From assembly GCA_002269645.1 (NCBI GenBank), contig NIVC01002161.1:62001-126000 (forward strand): 64,000 nt of DNA, given 5' to 3'. This DNA is from Macrostomum lignano. Taxonomy: Eukaryota. The position numbers and the translations under genes are program-made. Positions within the stretch are counted from its first letter, which is position 1. Each line of letters opens with the position of its first letter. The notes beneath the pieces were generated by a model that did no database searches, was not told where the DNA came from, and saw nothing but the letters and a program-made list of their open reading frames with translations. Positions 1-14,089 of this stretch are shown here, piece by piece.

Positions 1-1648
1 ATTCACTCTCACAGATTCACTCTCACAGATTCATTCTCACAGATTCACTCTCACAGATTCAATCTCACGGAATCACTAGCACAGATTCGCACTAAAAGAT
101 TCACTCTCACAGATTCACTCTCACAGATTCACTCTTACAGATTCACTCTCACGGAATCACTCTCACAGATTCACTCCAACAGAATCACTCTCACAGATTC
201 ACTCTCACAGATTCACTCTAACAGATTCACTCTCACAGATTCACTCTCACAGATTCACTCTCACAGATTCACTCTCACAGATTCACTCTCACAGATTCAC
301 TCTCACGGAATCACTAGCACAGATTCGCACTAAAAGATTCACTCTCACAGATTCACTCTCACAGATTCACTCTTACAGATTCACTCTCACAGATTCACTC
401 TCACAGATTCACTCCAACAGAATCACCCTCACAGATTCACTCTCACAGATTCACTCCAACAGAATCACCCTCACAGATTCACTCTCACAGATTCGCACTA
501 AAAGATTCACTCTCACAGATTCACTTTCACAGATTCACTCCAACAAAATCACTCTCACAGATTCACTCTCAAAGATTCACTCTCACAGATTCACTCCAAC
601 AGAATCACTCTCACAGATTCACTCTCACAGATTCACTCTCACAGGTTCACTCTCACAGGTTCACTCTCACAGATTTACTCTCACAGATTCACTCTCACAG
701 ATTCACTCTCACAGATTCACTCTAACAGAATCACCCTCACAGATTCACTCTCAAAGATTTACTCTCACAGATTCACTCTCACAGATTCACTCTCACAGAT
801 TCACTCTCACAGATTCACTCTCACAGATTCACTCTCACAGATTCACTCTCACAGATTCACTCTCACAGATTCACTCTCACAGATTCACTCTCACAGATTC
901 ACTCTCACAGATTCACTCTCACAGATTCACTCTCACAGATTCACTCTCACAGATTCACTCTTACAGATTCACTCTCACAGATTCGCACTAAAAGATTCAC
1001 TCTCACAGATTCACTTTCACAGATTCACTCCAACAAAATCACTCTCACAGATTCACTCTCACAGATTCACTCTCAAAGATTCACTCTCAAAGATTCACTC
1101 TCACAGATTCACTCCAACAGAATCACTCTTACAGATTCACTCTCACAGATTCGCTCTCAAAGATTCACTCTCACAGATTCACTCCAACAAAATCACTCTC
1201 ACAGATTCACTCTCACAGATTCACTCTCACAGGTTCACTCTCACAGATTCACTCTCACAGATTCACTCTCACAGATTTACTCTCAAGGAATCACTAGCAC
1301 AGATTCGCACTAAAAGGTTCACTCTCACAAATTCACTCTCACAGATTCACTCTCACAGATTCACTCACTCAGAATCACTCTCACAGATTCACTCTCACAG
1401 ATTCACTCTCACAGATTCACTCTCACAGATTCACTCTCACAGATTCACTCTCACAGATTCACTCTCACAGATTCACTCTCACAGATTCACTCTTACAGAT
1501 TCACTCTCACAGATTTACTCTCACAGATTCACTCACTCAGAATCACTCTCACAGATTCACTCTCACGGAATCACTAGCACAGATTCGCACTAAAAGATTC
1601 ACTCTCACAGATTCACTCCAACAAAATCACTCTCACAGAATCACTCTT
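1..1648. repeat. 14-bp tandem satellite (ATTCACTCTCACAG)n, runs off the window start
   Basis: Directly visible unit, about 115 copies with variants such as ATTCGCACTAAAAG and ATTCACTCCAACAG. Confidence 0.97.
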
Positions 1649-1959
1649 TACTTTCATTCAAAAGAACTCTGTCTATACTCAAAGGGCAAGTATTAAGCTT
1701 ACATTCACTCTTTCCCCAAGTAAAAAACAGAAAGCAACCCAAATGAAAGCCACGCACATCAGGACAAGCGAGAATTGTCCAATCTGCTGCTTTCAATCAA
1801 AGCCTTGGGGTTTCAGTTTACTTATTGACTTTGCGGTGCCGCAAAAGTTCTCCAACAGCTACTTAGTTCTAATCATGCGCATGTGAACTGCGAACTCCTG
1901 CATGTGCTTCCTTCATGAATGCCTTCTAATTGTGGGATAAGTTCTCTGACCTGCTGGGA

Positions 1960-1960
<1 letters not shown>

Positions 1961-2036
<76 letters not shown>

Positions 2037-2573
2037 ATCTCTACTTCTCTCTCTTTTAATATCTCTACCCCTCTCTAAGTATCTCTCTCTCAGGATGTCT
2101 CCCCCTCTCTCTCTCAGTATCTCTCCCTCTCTCTCTCAGTATCTCTCCCACTCTCTCTCTCAGTATCTCTCCCACTCTCTCTCTCAGGATGTCTCCCCCT
2201 CTCTCTCAGTATCTCTCCCTCTCTCTCTCTCTCTCAGTATCTCTCCCTCTCTCTCTCTCAGTATCTCTCTCCCTCTCTCTCTCAGTATCTCTCCCTCTCT
2301 CTCTCGCAGTATCTCTTCCTCACTCTCTCTCAGCATCTCTCCCTCTCTCTCTCTCAGTATCTCTCCCCCTCTCTCTCTCAGTATCTCTCCCTCTCTCTCT
2401 CTCTCTCTCAGTATCTCTTCCTCACTCTCTCTCTCAGTATCTCTCCCTCTCTCTCTCAGTATCTCTCCCTCTCTCTCTCAGTATCTCTCCCTCTCTCTCT
2501 CAGCATCTCTCCCTCTCTCTCTCAGTATCTCTCCCTCTCTCTGTCTCTCAGTATCTCTCCCTCTCTCTCAGTA

Positions 2574-2612
<39 letters not shown>

Positions 2613-3517
2613 ATCTCTCCCTCTCTCTCTCAGTATCTCTCCCTCTCTCTCTCAGCATCTCTCCCTCTCTCTCTCAGTATCTCTCCCTCTCTCTGTCTCT
2701 CAGTATCTCTCCCTCTCTCTCTCTCTCTCTCTCAGTATCTCTTCCTCACTCTCTCTCAGTATCTATCCCTCTCTCTCAGTATCTCTCCCTCTCTCTCGCA
2801 GTATCTCTCCCTTTCTCTCTCTCAGTATCTCTCCGTCTCTCTCAGTATCTCTCCCTCTTTCTCAGTATCTCTACCTCTCTCTCGGTATCTCTCCCTCTCT
2901 CTCACTATCTCTCCCTCTCCCTTAGTATTTCTGCCTCTCTCCCAGTATCTCTCCCTCTCTCTCTCTCTCTCTCAGCATCTCTCCCTCTCTCTCTCTCTCA
3001 GCATCTCTCCCTCTCTTTCTCAGTATCTCTCCCTCTCTCTCTCAGTATCTCTCCCTCTCTCTCTCTCTCAGTATCTCTCCGTCTCTCTCAGTATCTCTCC
3101 CTCTTTCTCAGTATCTCTACCTCTCTCTCGGTATCTCTCCCTCTCTCTCAGTATCTCTCCCTCTCCCTTAGTATTTCTGCCTCTCTCCCAGTATCTCTCC
3201 CTCTCTCTCTCTCTCTCTCAGCATCTCTCCCTCTCTCTCTCTCTCAGCATCTCTCCCTCTCTTTCTCAGTATCTCTCCCTCTCTCTCTCAGTATCTCTCC
3301 CTCTCTCTCTCTCTCAGTATCTCTCCGTCTCTCTCAGTATCTCTCCCTCTTTCTCAGTATCTCTACCTCTCTCTCGGTATCTCTCCCTCTCTCTCAGTAT
3401 CTCTCCCTCTCCCTTAGTATTTCTGCCTCTCTCCCAGTATCTCTCCCTCTCTCTCTCTCTCTCTCTCAGCATCTCTCCCTCTCTCTCTCTCAGCATCTCT
3501 CCCTCTCTTTCTCAGTA

Positions 3518-3586
<69 letters not shown>

Positions 3587-3750
3587 ATCTCTTCCTCACT
3601 CTCTCTCAGTATCTCTCCCTCTCTCTCGCAGTATCTCTCCCTTTCTCTCTCTCAGTTTCTCTCCGTCTCTCTCAGTATCTCTCCCTCTCTCTCGCAGTAT
3701 CTCTCCCTTTCTCTCTCTCAGTTTCTCTCCGTCTCTCTCAGTATCTCTGC
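1961..3750. repeat. Compound (CT)n microsatellite punctuated by CAGTAT/CAGCAT
   Basis: Directly visible. The Ser/Leu ORFs 1930..2925 and 2189..3829 are translations of the repeat. Confidence 0.95.
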
Positions 3751-4040
3751 CTCTAACCCCATTATCTCTCCCCTCTCAGCTTGTCTATCACCCCTTACAG
3801 TTCCCTTCCAGCCCAAACCTCGCCATTAGCCTCGCCCTCTTCTCTCTGCTGTGTGCATCATATTTCCATATAACGATTCCACAAACTCAGCTTCGTCTTA
3901 TGCAATTATGTTTCTCTCACAGAATAATCTCAGGAGATTTATTAAGACAGGCCTTAACGACATCGCTTTATGTGCCTCGTGTTATAACATCTCGGAACTA
4001 CTTCTCAAATTTAAATTAGTAATAATAAAGTATTCATCAA

Positions 4041-4139
4041 TCAATGAAGCTCGTCCTCGAGCAGCTTATCTAATCTTTTTTGGAAGATCTTGAAATATTC
4101 GCTTTGCGCGCATGCACTGTGATTAATGATGACATCAGT
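4041..4139 (-). CDS. Possible terminal exon of an unidentified gene (TDVIINHSACAQSEYFKIFQKRLDKLLEDELH*)
   Basis: Pyrimidine-rich acceptor (ctcattctccgtcaag) followed by 32 open codons of ordinary composition and TGA. No family recognised and no upstream exon linked. Confidence 0.25.
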   Translation of the reverse strand, partial: TDVIINHSACAQSEYFKIFQKRLDKLLEDELH

Positions 4140-4282
4140 CTTGACGGAGAATGAGAGGTAATTAGTTGATTGTTTAGGTTAGGAAGTAAAGGAAAACACA
4201 GCTCTGAGAGGTTGAGAGACAATCTGAATAATAGAAATATTAGGATTCCAAAGAGAAACAAGAAAGGAAAAGGGAGAAAGAA

Positions 4283-5055
4283 GGGAGGGAGAGATGAAGA
4301 GAAGGGAGGGAGCGAGGGAGAGAAGGGATGGAGAGATGGAGAGAAGGGAGGGAGCGAGGGAGAGAAGGGAGGGAGCGAGGGAGAGAAGGGAGGGAGCGAG
4401 GGAGAGAAGGGAGGGAGCGAGGGAGAGAAGGGAGGGAGCGAGGGAGAGAAGGGAGGGAGCGAAGGAGAGAACGGAGGGAGAGATGGAGAGAAGGGAGGGA
4501 GCGAGGGAGAGAAGGGAGGGAGCGAAGGAGAGAACGGAGGGAGAGATGGAGAGAAGGGAGGAAGCGAGGGAGAGAAGGGAGGGAGCGAAGGAGAGAACGG
4601 AGGGAGAGATGGAGAGAAGGGAGGGAGCGAGGGAGAGAAGGGAGGGAGCGAGGGAGAGAAGGGAGGGAGCGAGGGAGAGAAGGGAGGGAGCGAGGGAGAG
4701 AAGGGATGAAGAGAGGGAGAGAAGGAAGGGAGAGAGAGAAGGGAGGGAGAGAGAGAAGGGAGGGAGAGAGAATGAGAAGAGGGAGAGAAGGAGACAGGGA
4801 GAGAGGGAGAGAACGGAAGGAGAGAGGGAGAGAGGGAGGGAGAGAGAAAGAGAAGATGGAGGGAGGGAGGGAGAGAGAAAGAGAAGAGGGAGAGAGGGAG
4901 GCAGAGAGAAAGAGAAGAGGGAGGGAGGGAGGGAGAGAGAAACAGAACAGGGAGAGAGGGAGGGAGAGAGAAAGAGAAGAGGGAGAGAGGGAGAGAGAGT
5001 GAAAGAGAAGAGGGAGAGAGGGAGAGAACGGAAGGAGAGGAGGGAAGGAGAGAAG
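4283..5055. repeat. Purine-rich minisatellite (21-bp GAGCGAGGGAGAGAAGGGAGG) grading into a GA-rich tract
   Basis: Directly visible. Overlapping ORFs on both strands are repeat translations. Confidence 0.93.
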
Positions 5056-5633
5056 GGCATAAAGAAGGGCGAGTGGTACTGTAGATTCTAGCAATCTCTA
5101 CCTATAAAAATCAAAACTTCAGTACTAAAGACGAGAGGAGAATGCGCCCGCAGCTGCAAAAGTGGGGGCGAACACTTTCGAAAGATTTGATTAATCCGCA
5201 ATCGCTGGCTAACCAGCTAGGCTTAAGAAGACCGACCGGTCTCGCACATGACAGAGACAAACAGGCTGAGGCAGAAGAAGGCAGAAATCCAACAAACCAC
5301 TTTACCGAGTGTCAGTCAGACTTGGGGTGGGCGAAGCAAAAAATTTGTTTGCGATTTTTCCTGCAGCCTTCCTTCCTTCAGTTCAGACCAATTTCTGGCG
5401 GCAGGATTGGAACATTCGGTGCGAAATGGGTTTGCACTGGGGAGTCGCTTATCTGTAATGCATGACGTCCAAGCGCTTCCACGCGTTCTCTTCTCTCCCA
5501 GGAGTTCAACTGATTTCCGCTTATCGCGCTTAAAATGCTTGGCGCCCCACCGAATCGCTTACGGTTCTCTCCTGTACAAGTAGTTTTAACGGGGCTGATG
5601 CTTTATGGTACAAGTACATCAGACAGCGAATGC

Positions 5634-6426
<793 letters not shown>

Positions 6427-6461
6427 GCTATGGATGAAAATATTTAAATAGCCATCCACGC

Positions 6462-6747
6462 CAGTAGCGTAGCCAATCGCCTGGGGGGTTTGGCCGTTGG
6501 GCGCGGCGGGTGCCAAAACCATGAGGCAATTGAGTGCCTGCGGCGCTTAAATGAGTGCCAGCGGCGCCAAAATGAGTACCTGCGGCGCCAAAGTGAGTGC
6601 CTGCGGCGCCAAGAAAGTGCCAGCGGCGGCAAAAAAAGTGCCAGCGGCGCTAAAAAAAGTGCCAGCGGCGCCAAAAGTGGCAATGGCATAAGGCATGGCC
6701 AGCCAGGCCAACCCCCCCCCCCATTGAAATTCCTGGCTACGCCACTG
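6462..6747. mobile_element. hAT-type MITE carrying a 21-bp minisatellite
   Basis: TIRs CAGTAGCGTAGCCA / TGGCTACGCCACTG. Perfect 8-bp TSD ATCCACGC at 6454-6461 and 6748-6755 (8-bp TSD is typical of hAT). Internal GGCGCCAAAATGAGTGCCTGC-like repeats. Confidence 0.85.
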
Positions 6748-9700
6748 ATCCACGCCTACACTTGAGGGTGAGTCAGACAGGCAGGCCCATTTGTTTGGAA
6801 TTAGAGAACTCAAGCCCAAAATTTACCATAGCAAAGCAAAAAATATTTTTGACCATTATTCAGCATCAGCAGTTTTAGTAAGGCAAAGCCTGTTTGTGAA
6901 CATGTTTCGCGTGGTCCGTTTTTGTCGCTGGTATCTATGCTATTAGCGAACGCATAAAAATACGAGTCTACTACACATTTAGAGGTCAGCGGGCCAGTCC
7001 CAGACAGAAAGACAGGAGACAAACGTGTTTATGAGTTTTGCTAGAATTTTACAGGAGTAGCAGCAGCAGCAGCAACAAAGTTCGGACGAGCCTCTCTTAA
7101 AATCGGAGAAACCATAAAGCAAGCATTGGCACTTGGCAGTCAACAAGCTGCAGTCCCCACGGCCAGCAGGCCACTCACTGACTGGCCAGGCCCCCTACCA
7201 GCTACGGCACGCAGTGGTTTATCGCGCAGACCAGCGGCCGCCATGACTAAAAGAGATTTTAAAGAAGCCCGCGGCCAGCCAACATTACATTAGCTTTACA
7301 AATAGATTACGCCACGACAGTGCACTTTAGTCAGTCCAGCTTGCAAAACAGTTAGCATATATAGCCGGTCTCTAATATTTACCACAGATTTAGTGACGGG
7401 TGGAGGGCAGGACGGGGCAGAAAGAAATAGAAAGAGAATAAACGCAAATCGCTCTTAGCTGGGCCGTAGGGGTTCATCCAGGTTCAAACGAATCATGTGA
7501 CTGGGCCTCCCTCGGCTGAGCGGGGGCCGGGGTGACAGAGTACGCTGTGCGGGCTTATTTTTCTTATTTTCGGGTCCGCTAGCCGTTTCACTTAGTCCGT
7601 TCCCGGAAAATGAGGTGGTGGGGCGCCACGCGCCTCACTTCAAACCCCAGCCAAGCCACCCACCCCAAGTCGCACGCGTCTGATAGACTAGACAGGGGGT
7701 TTATTGGCGAGCGCCAACCTCAGACCAAGGGGTGTCTGCTACATTGCTAGAGTGTACATTCATCCGACCAGCATCCTATAGATAGAAGGGACTAGAATGT
7801 ACAGTAAACTTGAGGATGGAGGGTAAGAGTTAAGATAAGTGCGTGTCTAGAGCAGAAAGAATAGAAAAAGAATTCCTTTCCTCTATCGCTTAATAAACAC
7901 ATTCTTGTGAGTCCTTACCGCACCGTACCATCTTCTTAATAGTGTTTACGCGCCAGACGGTTTTGAGTGGGTTGGTTGTTCTGAGGTTGACGGGCGGCGT
8001 ATTGTGTACCCCCTACGCAAGGGTTGGGTTGAGTAACTTGAGTTTAGCAAGACTGAGCGGGGAACAGTAGCGTATGCTTCTATTTATTCTGCCTTTCTTG
8101 CTTTTTCTTTCACGGATTAAAGAATTGAAATAGAGAAATTATTAGCTAGAAAATTAAGATTTCTCTCAGACTCAAAGCGCAAAGAAAATCGAATGGGGTA
8201 TTATAACTCTCTCGATTGATTGAAGAGGAATTCTTTCTCCAATGTCTTGCTTTGAGAATCGGGTTGTGGCTTCCAATTCAGAGTTGCAGTACTAAGAAAG
8301 GTAGAAAAATTTTTTCAACAAACTAGAATTCAGGTCGTGGACTCGTGCAGTTGAATCTGGATCTTGAAGGCAATAACAGGCGCAGAGGCTCCATTCGGTT
8401 GCTGTTGATATCGCTTTTTAAGGCTTTCTAAATGCAGAATTCCTTCGTCATTGTCATCGTCAATTAACATTGCAATTGTCAATTAAACGCAAGTGTTAAA
8501 TGTCTTTTCCATTTTGGTTGCTAACAATAGTTTTTGCCAAGTTGCCAATGTCAAAAAGCTTCGGATTGCATCCAAAATCCAAAGCAATGCATGAATTCAT
8601 TTTTTGAAAGCGAAAATCTAATTTTAGCCCTATAGAAAAAAATATCATTTTGCTTTTCATACATTCGATGAGTTTGACAATGGGCCTTGGCTGCACTCTT
8701 CGACCCCGCCCTAACTCAAGTCATTCTTCTGGAATTGAACGCTCGAGCTCGTATCCTTGACAATCGGGATGTAAACGATATCTGGAGGCGACGGAGACTA
8801 ATACTGGAGGGTCGAGTTGAGTGCAGAACAGAGTAGAGTCATGCAGCCCCCCTCCCCCAGCCTGCCACCCACGTGGCACGTGCTCTGCTGCCTGCTTCTG
8901 TCCTTTCTCTCTCTGCATGGCGAATCGCTACAGCAATCGGCTGTCCCATAGGCCCATCTGTGCAGCTGGAGCCACGCCCACACAAGCTATACGGGGATTA
9001 GGGATACGGTCACGAATTAGCGAGACGGCATGGGAACTACCCGAACTCGGGAAGATGAGAAAGCTGGCATGGCTAAACGGGATTTGGGCAAAGCAAGAAA
9101 ATGGGAAATACAGGAGGCGGAGGCTCCATCCTGCATGCATCGCTGCTGCATGAGCTTATACCTGCCTCTCTTCAGTCCCGCATCGCATAGCGTTTCTGTT
9201 AGCTGCTTACAGGCCGTCCCTGCATTTAAGCTGGTGCTCCATCATTTACGCCCACCCCCACCAGCATCCAGCATGCCGACAATTGACTCCTGTTCCTTAC
9301 ATCCGCGTGTTAAGCCTCTCCATCAGCCTCCATGCATGCATGCAGCGCTTCGCTGTCCACTCTGCAGTGTCCACGGCGTCCTGTCAGTCTGTCTCTCTCT
9401 CTCTCCATCTCTCTGGCGCGAATGCGGCGAGCTAAGCTAAAAGTAGACTGGGGATTTCAGGGCAGATATCCGCATAGTTCTAATGCTCTATCTATAGTAT
9501 CCCATGTTGTTAACTTGGCGTTGGTATGCCAATGCATACTATACCACATCCCAGGGATCTCTCTCTCTCTCTCTCTGGGGGGAGAGGCTTATGGGCGAGG
9601 GCCATGCAGAGAAAAGGGGAATACGAAGAGAGATTAGGCCTGTGGCATATAGGGGATATGCAAGCACCTCTATACGGAGAAAAATATAATGATTAATGTG

Positions 9701-10699
9701 CAGGATAGAGTTCTGAAAGCAATGGGCCATTGTGTCTGTAGTTGGCGTAATGCTTTTTCTGCCTGCACGTCCCTGTAAATTAATTTTCCAAGTATTTTTT
9801 CTCTTCAGCGAAACTACAGCATTGCAGATTGTATCGCGCAGAATCGAAGAAAGTACGAAAAGTAAAGAAAAAATTGGCCAGAAAAATTCTTGTGGCCTGG
9901 AAACTTTTTTATACTCTGACAGTGGCATCAACTATGCGGGGAACTGGATGTACTTTTAATTGGATTGGCTACACAGGCGAAACTGGGAGCGCCGGAATGA
10001 AAACAGACGTCAGCACGCCGGGATGAGGAAACCTATAGGGGTTACTGGGATGAATATTACATCCTCCTAATCCGGCCGCGGAATGCCCGCTGGTTGCCCA
10101 AATAAATCAACTTACACACGCACCGGGCACAGCGGCAGTTCAAAAGCAACTTATGCTCTCAGATAAAGTAGCTGGATGGAGTAAGAAAATATGCAGCAGC
10201 AGCTCCCTCCCTCCTCTTCCCAAATGTTGGAATATGAACGGAGAGTTTTATTAACCCATAACAGCTACCCCAGCCCCTCCCGCCCGACCTTGCAAAGTTC
10301 CAGTTTGACTTTGGGAATATTGGGGTCGGGGATGTGGGGGGGGATTTTATTGTCGCCCGCCAGGCAGCCATTCTGCTTTTGCAGGCATGGATCCTCTCTT
10401 GAAACTTCCATTGCAGGGACCCCGCGCTACTGAGCTTAAACCGTTGCCTTTCTGATTCAAAAAGGAATGGCTAAACCAGTTATGGCTCTGATAGGGCTCT
10501 GCGGGGTGTCTTTGAGTTGACCTTAAGCCTGCTGGTTTGATCGGCAAGTAAAACTGATCAGCTTAGTCACGTGCGCCTGGGAATTCGATTTGTGAGCCAC
10601 CTGCCTGGCAAAAAATGTCAAGTTGAACTTGAATTGAATGAGCTTACTTAAGACGAAAATGTCAAATTGTCAAATATCCAAAGCCATTTTGAATCTATC

Positions 10700-11388
10700 T
10701 ATGGGATGCTACTTTGAACTCTATGGGATGCCATTTTGATTCTATGGGATGCCATTTTGATTCTATGGGATGCCATTTTGATTCTATGGGATGCCATTTT
10801 GATTCTATGGGATGCCATTTTGATTCTATGGGATGCCATTTTGATTCTATGGGATGCTACTTTGAACTCTATGGGATGCCATTTTAATTCTCTGGGATGC
10901 CATTTTGATTCCATGGGATGCCATTTTGATTCTATGGGATGCCATTTTGATTCTATGGGATGCCGTTTTGATTCTATGGGATGCCATTTTGATTCTATGG
11001 GATGCCATTTTGATTCTATGGGATGCCATTTTGATTCTAGGGGATGCCATTTTGATTCTATGGGATGCTACTTTGAACTCTATGGGATGCCATCTTGTTT
11101 CTATGGGAAGCCTTTTGATTCTATGGGATGCCATTTTGATTCTATGGGATGCCATTTGAAATCTATGGGATGCTATTTTGAAATCTATGGGATGCCATCT
11201 TGATTCTATGGGATGCCATTTTGAATCTATGGGATGCCATTTTGAATCTTTGGAATTGCCATTTTGTAATCTATGGGATGCCCTTTTGATTCTATGGGAT
11301 GCCCTTTTGATTCTATGGGATGCCATTTTGAATCTATGGGATGCCATTTTGAATCTTTGGAATTGCCATTTTGATTCTATGGGATGCC
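10700..11388. repeat. 21-bp minisatellite (GGGATGCCATTTTGATTCTAT)n
   Basis: Directly visible. The MASHRIK / SMGCHFD ORFs are repeat translations. Confidence 0.95.
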
Positions 11389-12050
11389 GAACGACGATTT
11401 CTCATAATAAACAAAGTCAGTGGGTTACGCGATATAGAAGTTACACGATCAGCCCTGCAGCAGCTGTGAGTAAACAGCGCAATGTAATCTGTTTGGACTG
11501 CTCTCTAGCAGGTATATTTACAAATAATTCAACAATAGCGGGCATCGAGGCAGTTCGAAAAGCAAAACACGATGGATATTTAAATAACAAGAAAGATAGA
11601 AAAAAACAACTTGTGGGAGCTCTGAAGTTCTGCTTTCCATAGCTGCAGTTTTGTACAGATGGGAGACGGGGAGTTGATGGACAGGTACTGAGGCTGCGCG
11701 CCAAGGTGTTCTGTGTACTTATCAACGCAATAGCTCAACTTTCTGACAGCCAATCAAAACAGCGCGCAATCGATGACGCTAACAATGAATGAATGCTACA
11801 GGGGTGGGTTAATTTTCTACGGATCAAAAAATACCAAAAAAGTGAACAGCTCTCAAGTTTAAAGCGACAAATCTGCTTGTGCAATCGAAAAGAAGAGCCC
11901 TGAGAGAATGAGGGGGCGGGCAATGCAAGGAAATTTGTGCAAGGCTCCGGGAGAGGAAATGTCTGAAAACTAAGCCAAGGTCGTTCAGTTTGAGGCTGCA
12001 GGCTGGTAGAGAACGCGGTGGTTGTGAGGGTTAAGACTGCAAGCTATCAG

Positions 12051-12220
12051 ATTCTGCTTCAAGGGCGGAGTCCGGATTCTGTGACAAATCTCGGAGGAGT
12101 TTTGCCCGGATGAAAAAAGCAGAAGAGGCAGTTCGCGTATTGAAGCAGATAACACGCGAGGCCGATACGGCAGAAATGCTTGCTGCTTTCCCAAAGAAAC
12201 AAAGGACAGAGGGAGAGAGA
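12051..12220 (+). pseudogene. Exon-like remnant resembling ODA docking-complex coiled-coil proteins (CCDC151/CCDC183/CCDC114 type)
   Basis: ctatcag| acceptor, then an open frame SASRAESGFCDKSRRSFARMKKAEEAVRVLKQITREADTAEMLAAF..., resembling the recalled EEAFxxIKxxTxxxDxxExxxxF motif. Neighbouring exon-like pieces (11400-12000) are broken by stops. Confidence 0.3.
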
Positions 12221-12852
12221 GTGTGTTAAGCCGGCAGAACTCTTGGACCCTTCCACATCTAGGCAAAATAATACGAACTGTGTAGCAAAGCGGAGAAAAT
12301 AACAATTCACATTTATAATCAATAATAATAATAATATAATATGATCGACGCGAATCACCGGCGAAAAAGCGCTAATTAACAAGTGAAAAATTAATATATG
12401 GAGATGGCTGGGCAATTACTGGTACAGGTGAGAGAACTCCTTGACTTGATTTAAGCATTGAATTAAATCAATTATTGTTATTATTGCACGAGAATGGAGA
12501 GGACAGTGAAATTGTACCTCAGAACTTAGGTTCCTGTGCCTGCAGTCTGTATGTACAGCAAAGTCGCAGAAGCAGTTAGATGAATTATTTTTAGGGCACA
12601 ATGGTTCACAAAATATTGTTATGATGATGATACTCCCGTCGCATGGATAGCAAACAAGTGAAACAATAATAACAATAATTATACTGATAATATTGAGACG
12701 GCTGTCTCTGTCTTTCTCTGTCGTGTGTACCGAGATGACGCAAAGCCTGTTAAAAATAATATAACAACTTATTATTAATTATACTGACAACAGAAACAAA
12801 ACAAACGATCGCTTGTTAAAAGATGGCAACGAAAGAAACTCCATTAAAATCT

Positions 12853-14053
12853 TCACTGCTCAGCGGCGGTAGCAGAGGAGGCGGTGGCGGTCTCGATCTC
12901 GATCTCAAGGGCAGGCGGGGAGCTCGGCGCTTCCGGCCGAGTTGACTTCGCCTCAGAAGCGGCTGCGGCGGCGCTCAGCGCCAGTTTCAGGCTGTCCCGC
13001 TCCTCTTCCAGGCTGCGCAGCTCTTCTTTCTGTGCCGTGTACTTCATCCGGAGCCGGCGCACGTCGGGCGAGCCCTGCTCCTCCAGCTGGCGCCGCATCT
13101 TGGCGGACTCGGCCTCCAGCTGCACAACACGGGAGGCCTGGCCGCGAAGCCGGTTGAGCTGCCCAACTAGACAGTCGATGTGATTCCTGTAGCCGGTTTT
13201 CACTTTCTCAACCATGGCCAGGAATTGCGGCGTGGCCTTCTCTGGTAGGTGGCCCTCGCCCCAGTCGGTGAGAGACTCCCAGTCTGCGGCAATCGTCTCT
13301 GCGAAGGAAAGGAAAAGTACATTTGAAATAGCTAGATTAGACAGCGGCAAGCAATATATAATTGGGCCGGACTAGACAATGTACGCACGTGGTAGAAATC
13401 ACGTGATGTGCGGAGCGGGGGCAGGAATTAGGATGGCTAGTGTACATTACAAAAGGCTGGAGTGGGGTTGGTGTCGGGTTAAGATAAGAGACGTACATTT
13501 AGGTGCGACGAAAAACTTTTATCGATCTTACTAATCGAATGAGCTTTTCTCTTCACTCACCTTCAATACTGGCGGCGTCCTCTTCCATCCGTTCAGCAGC
13601 TGCGGCAACCGCGGCGCTGACTGCGGCTGTGGCGGCTGCAGCCCCGGCCGGTGTGCAGACTTGCGAGGAGCTCCTGTTGACAGCGGCAGCGGGAGCTAGG
13701 CGCACATTCGGAGTGTAGTCTCGATGAGTCTGGCGCTGCTGCTGCTCAGTGTTGGCAACCGGAGAAGCCAGCTTCTTTGGGTAGTTGGAGCTGCTGCTGA
13801 GCAGTACAGCGCCGGCACCATTGTCGGCTCCCGGCCTCAGATGTGGAGGCGCCAGTTTGGCGCCGCTAAAATAAAATTAAATGATAAATATATATCGTTT
13901 TTTCTTTTTAAATACGGATGCTTCAGACAAGGCAGGACATAAGCAATTGCGTGGGTGTGCAGTTTGATGCTGCAGTAAATTGCAATTATTTTATTAACTA
14001 ACCCAGTCGCGACGTCTGGCGGCAGTGGGACGACAAATTTCGAGACAGTAGTG

Positions 14054-14089
<36 letters not shown>

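Noticed and set aside
1-1648. 14-bp satellite as a telomeric repeat
   Set aside because: The unit is not TTAGGG-like; it is treated as an ordinary satellite.
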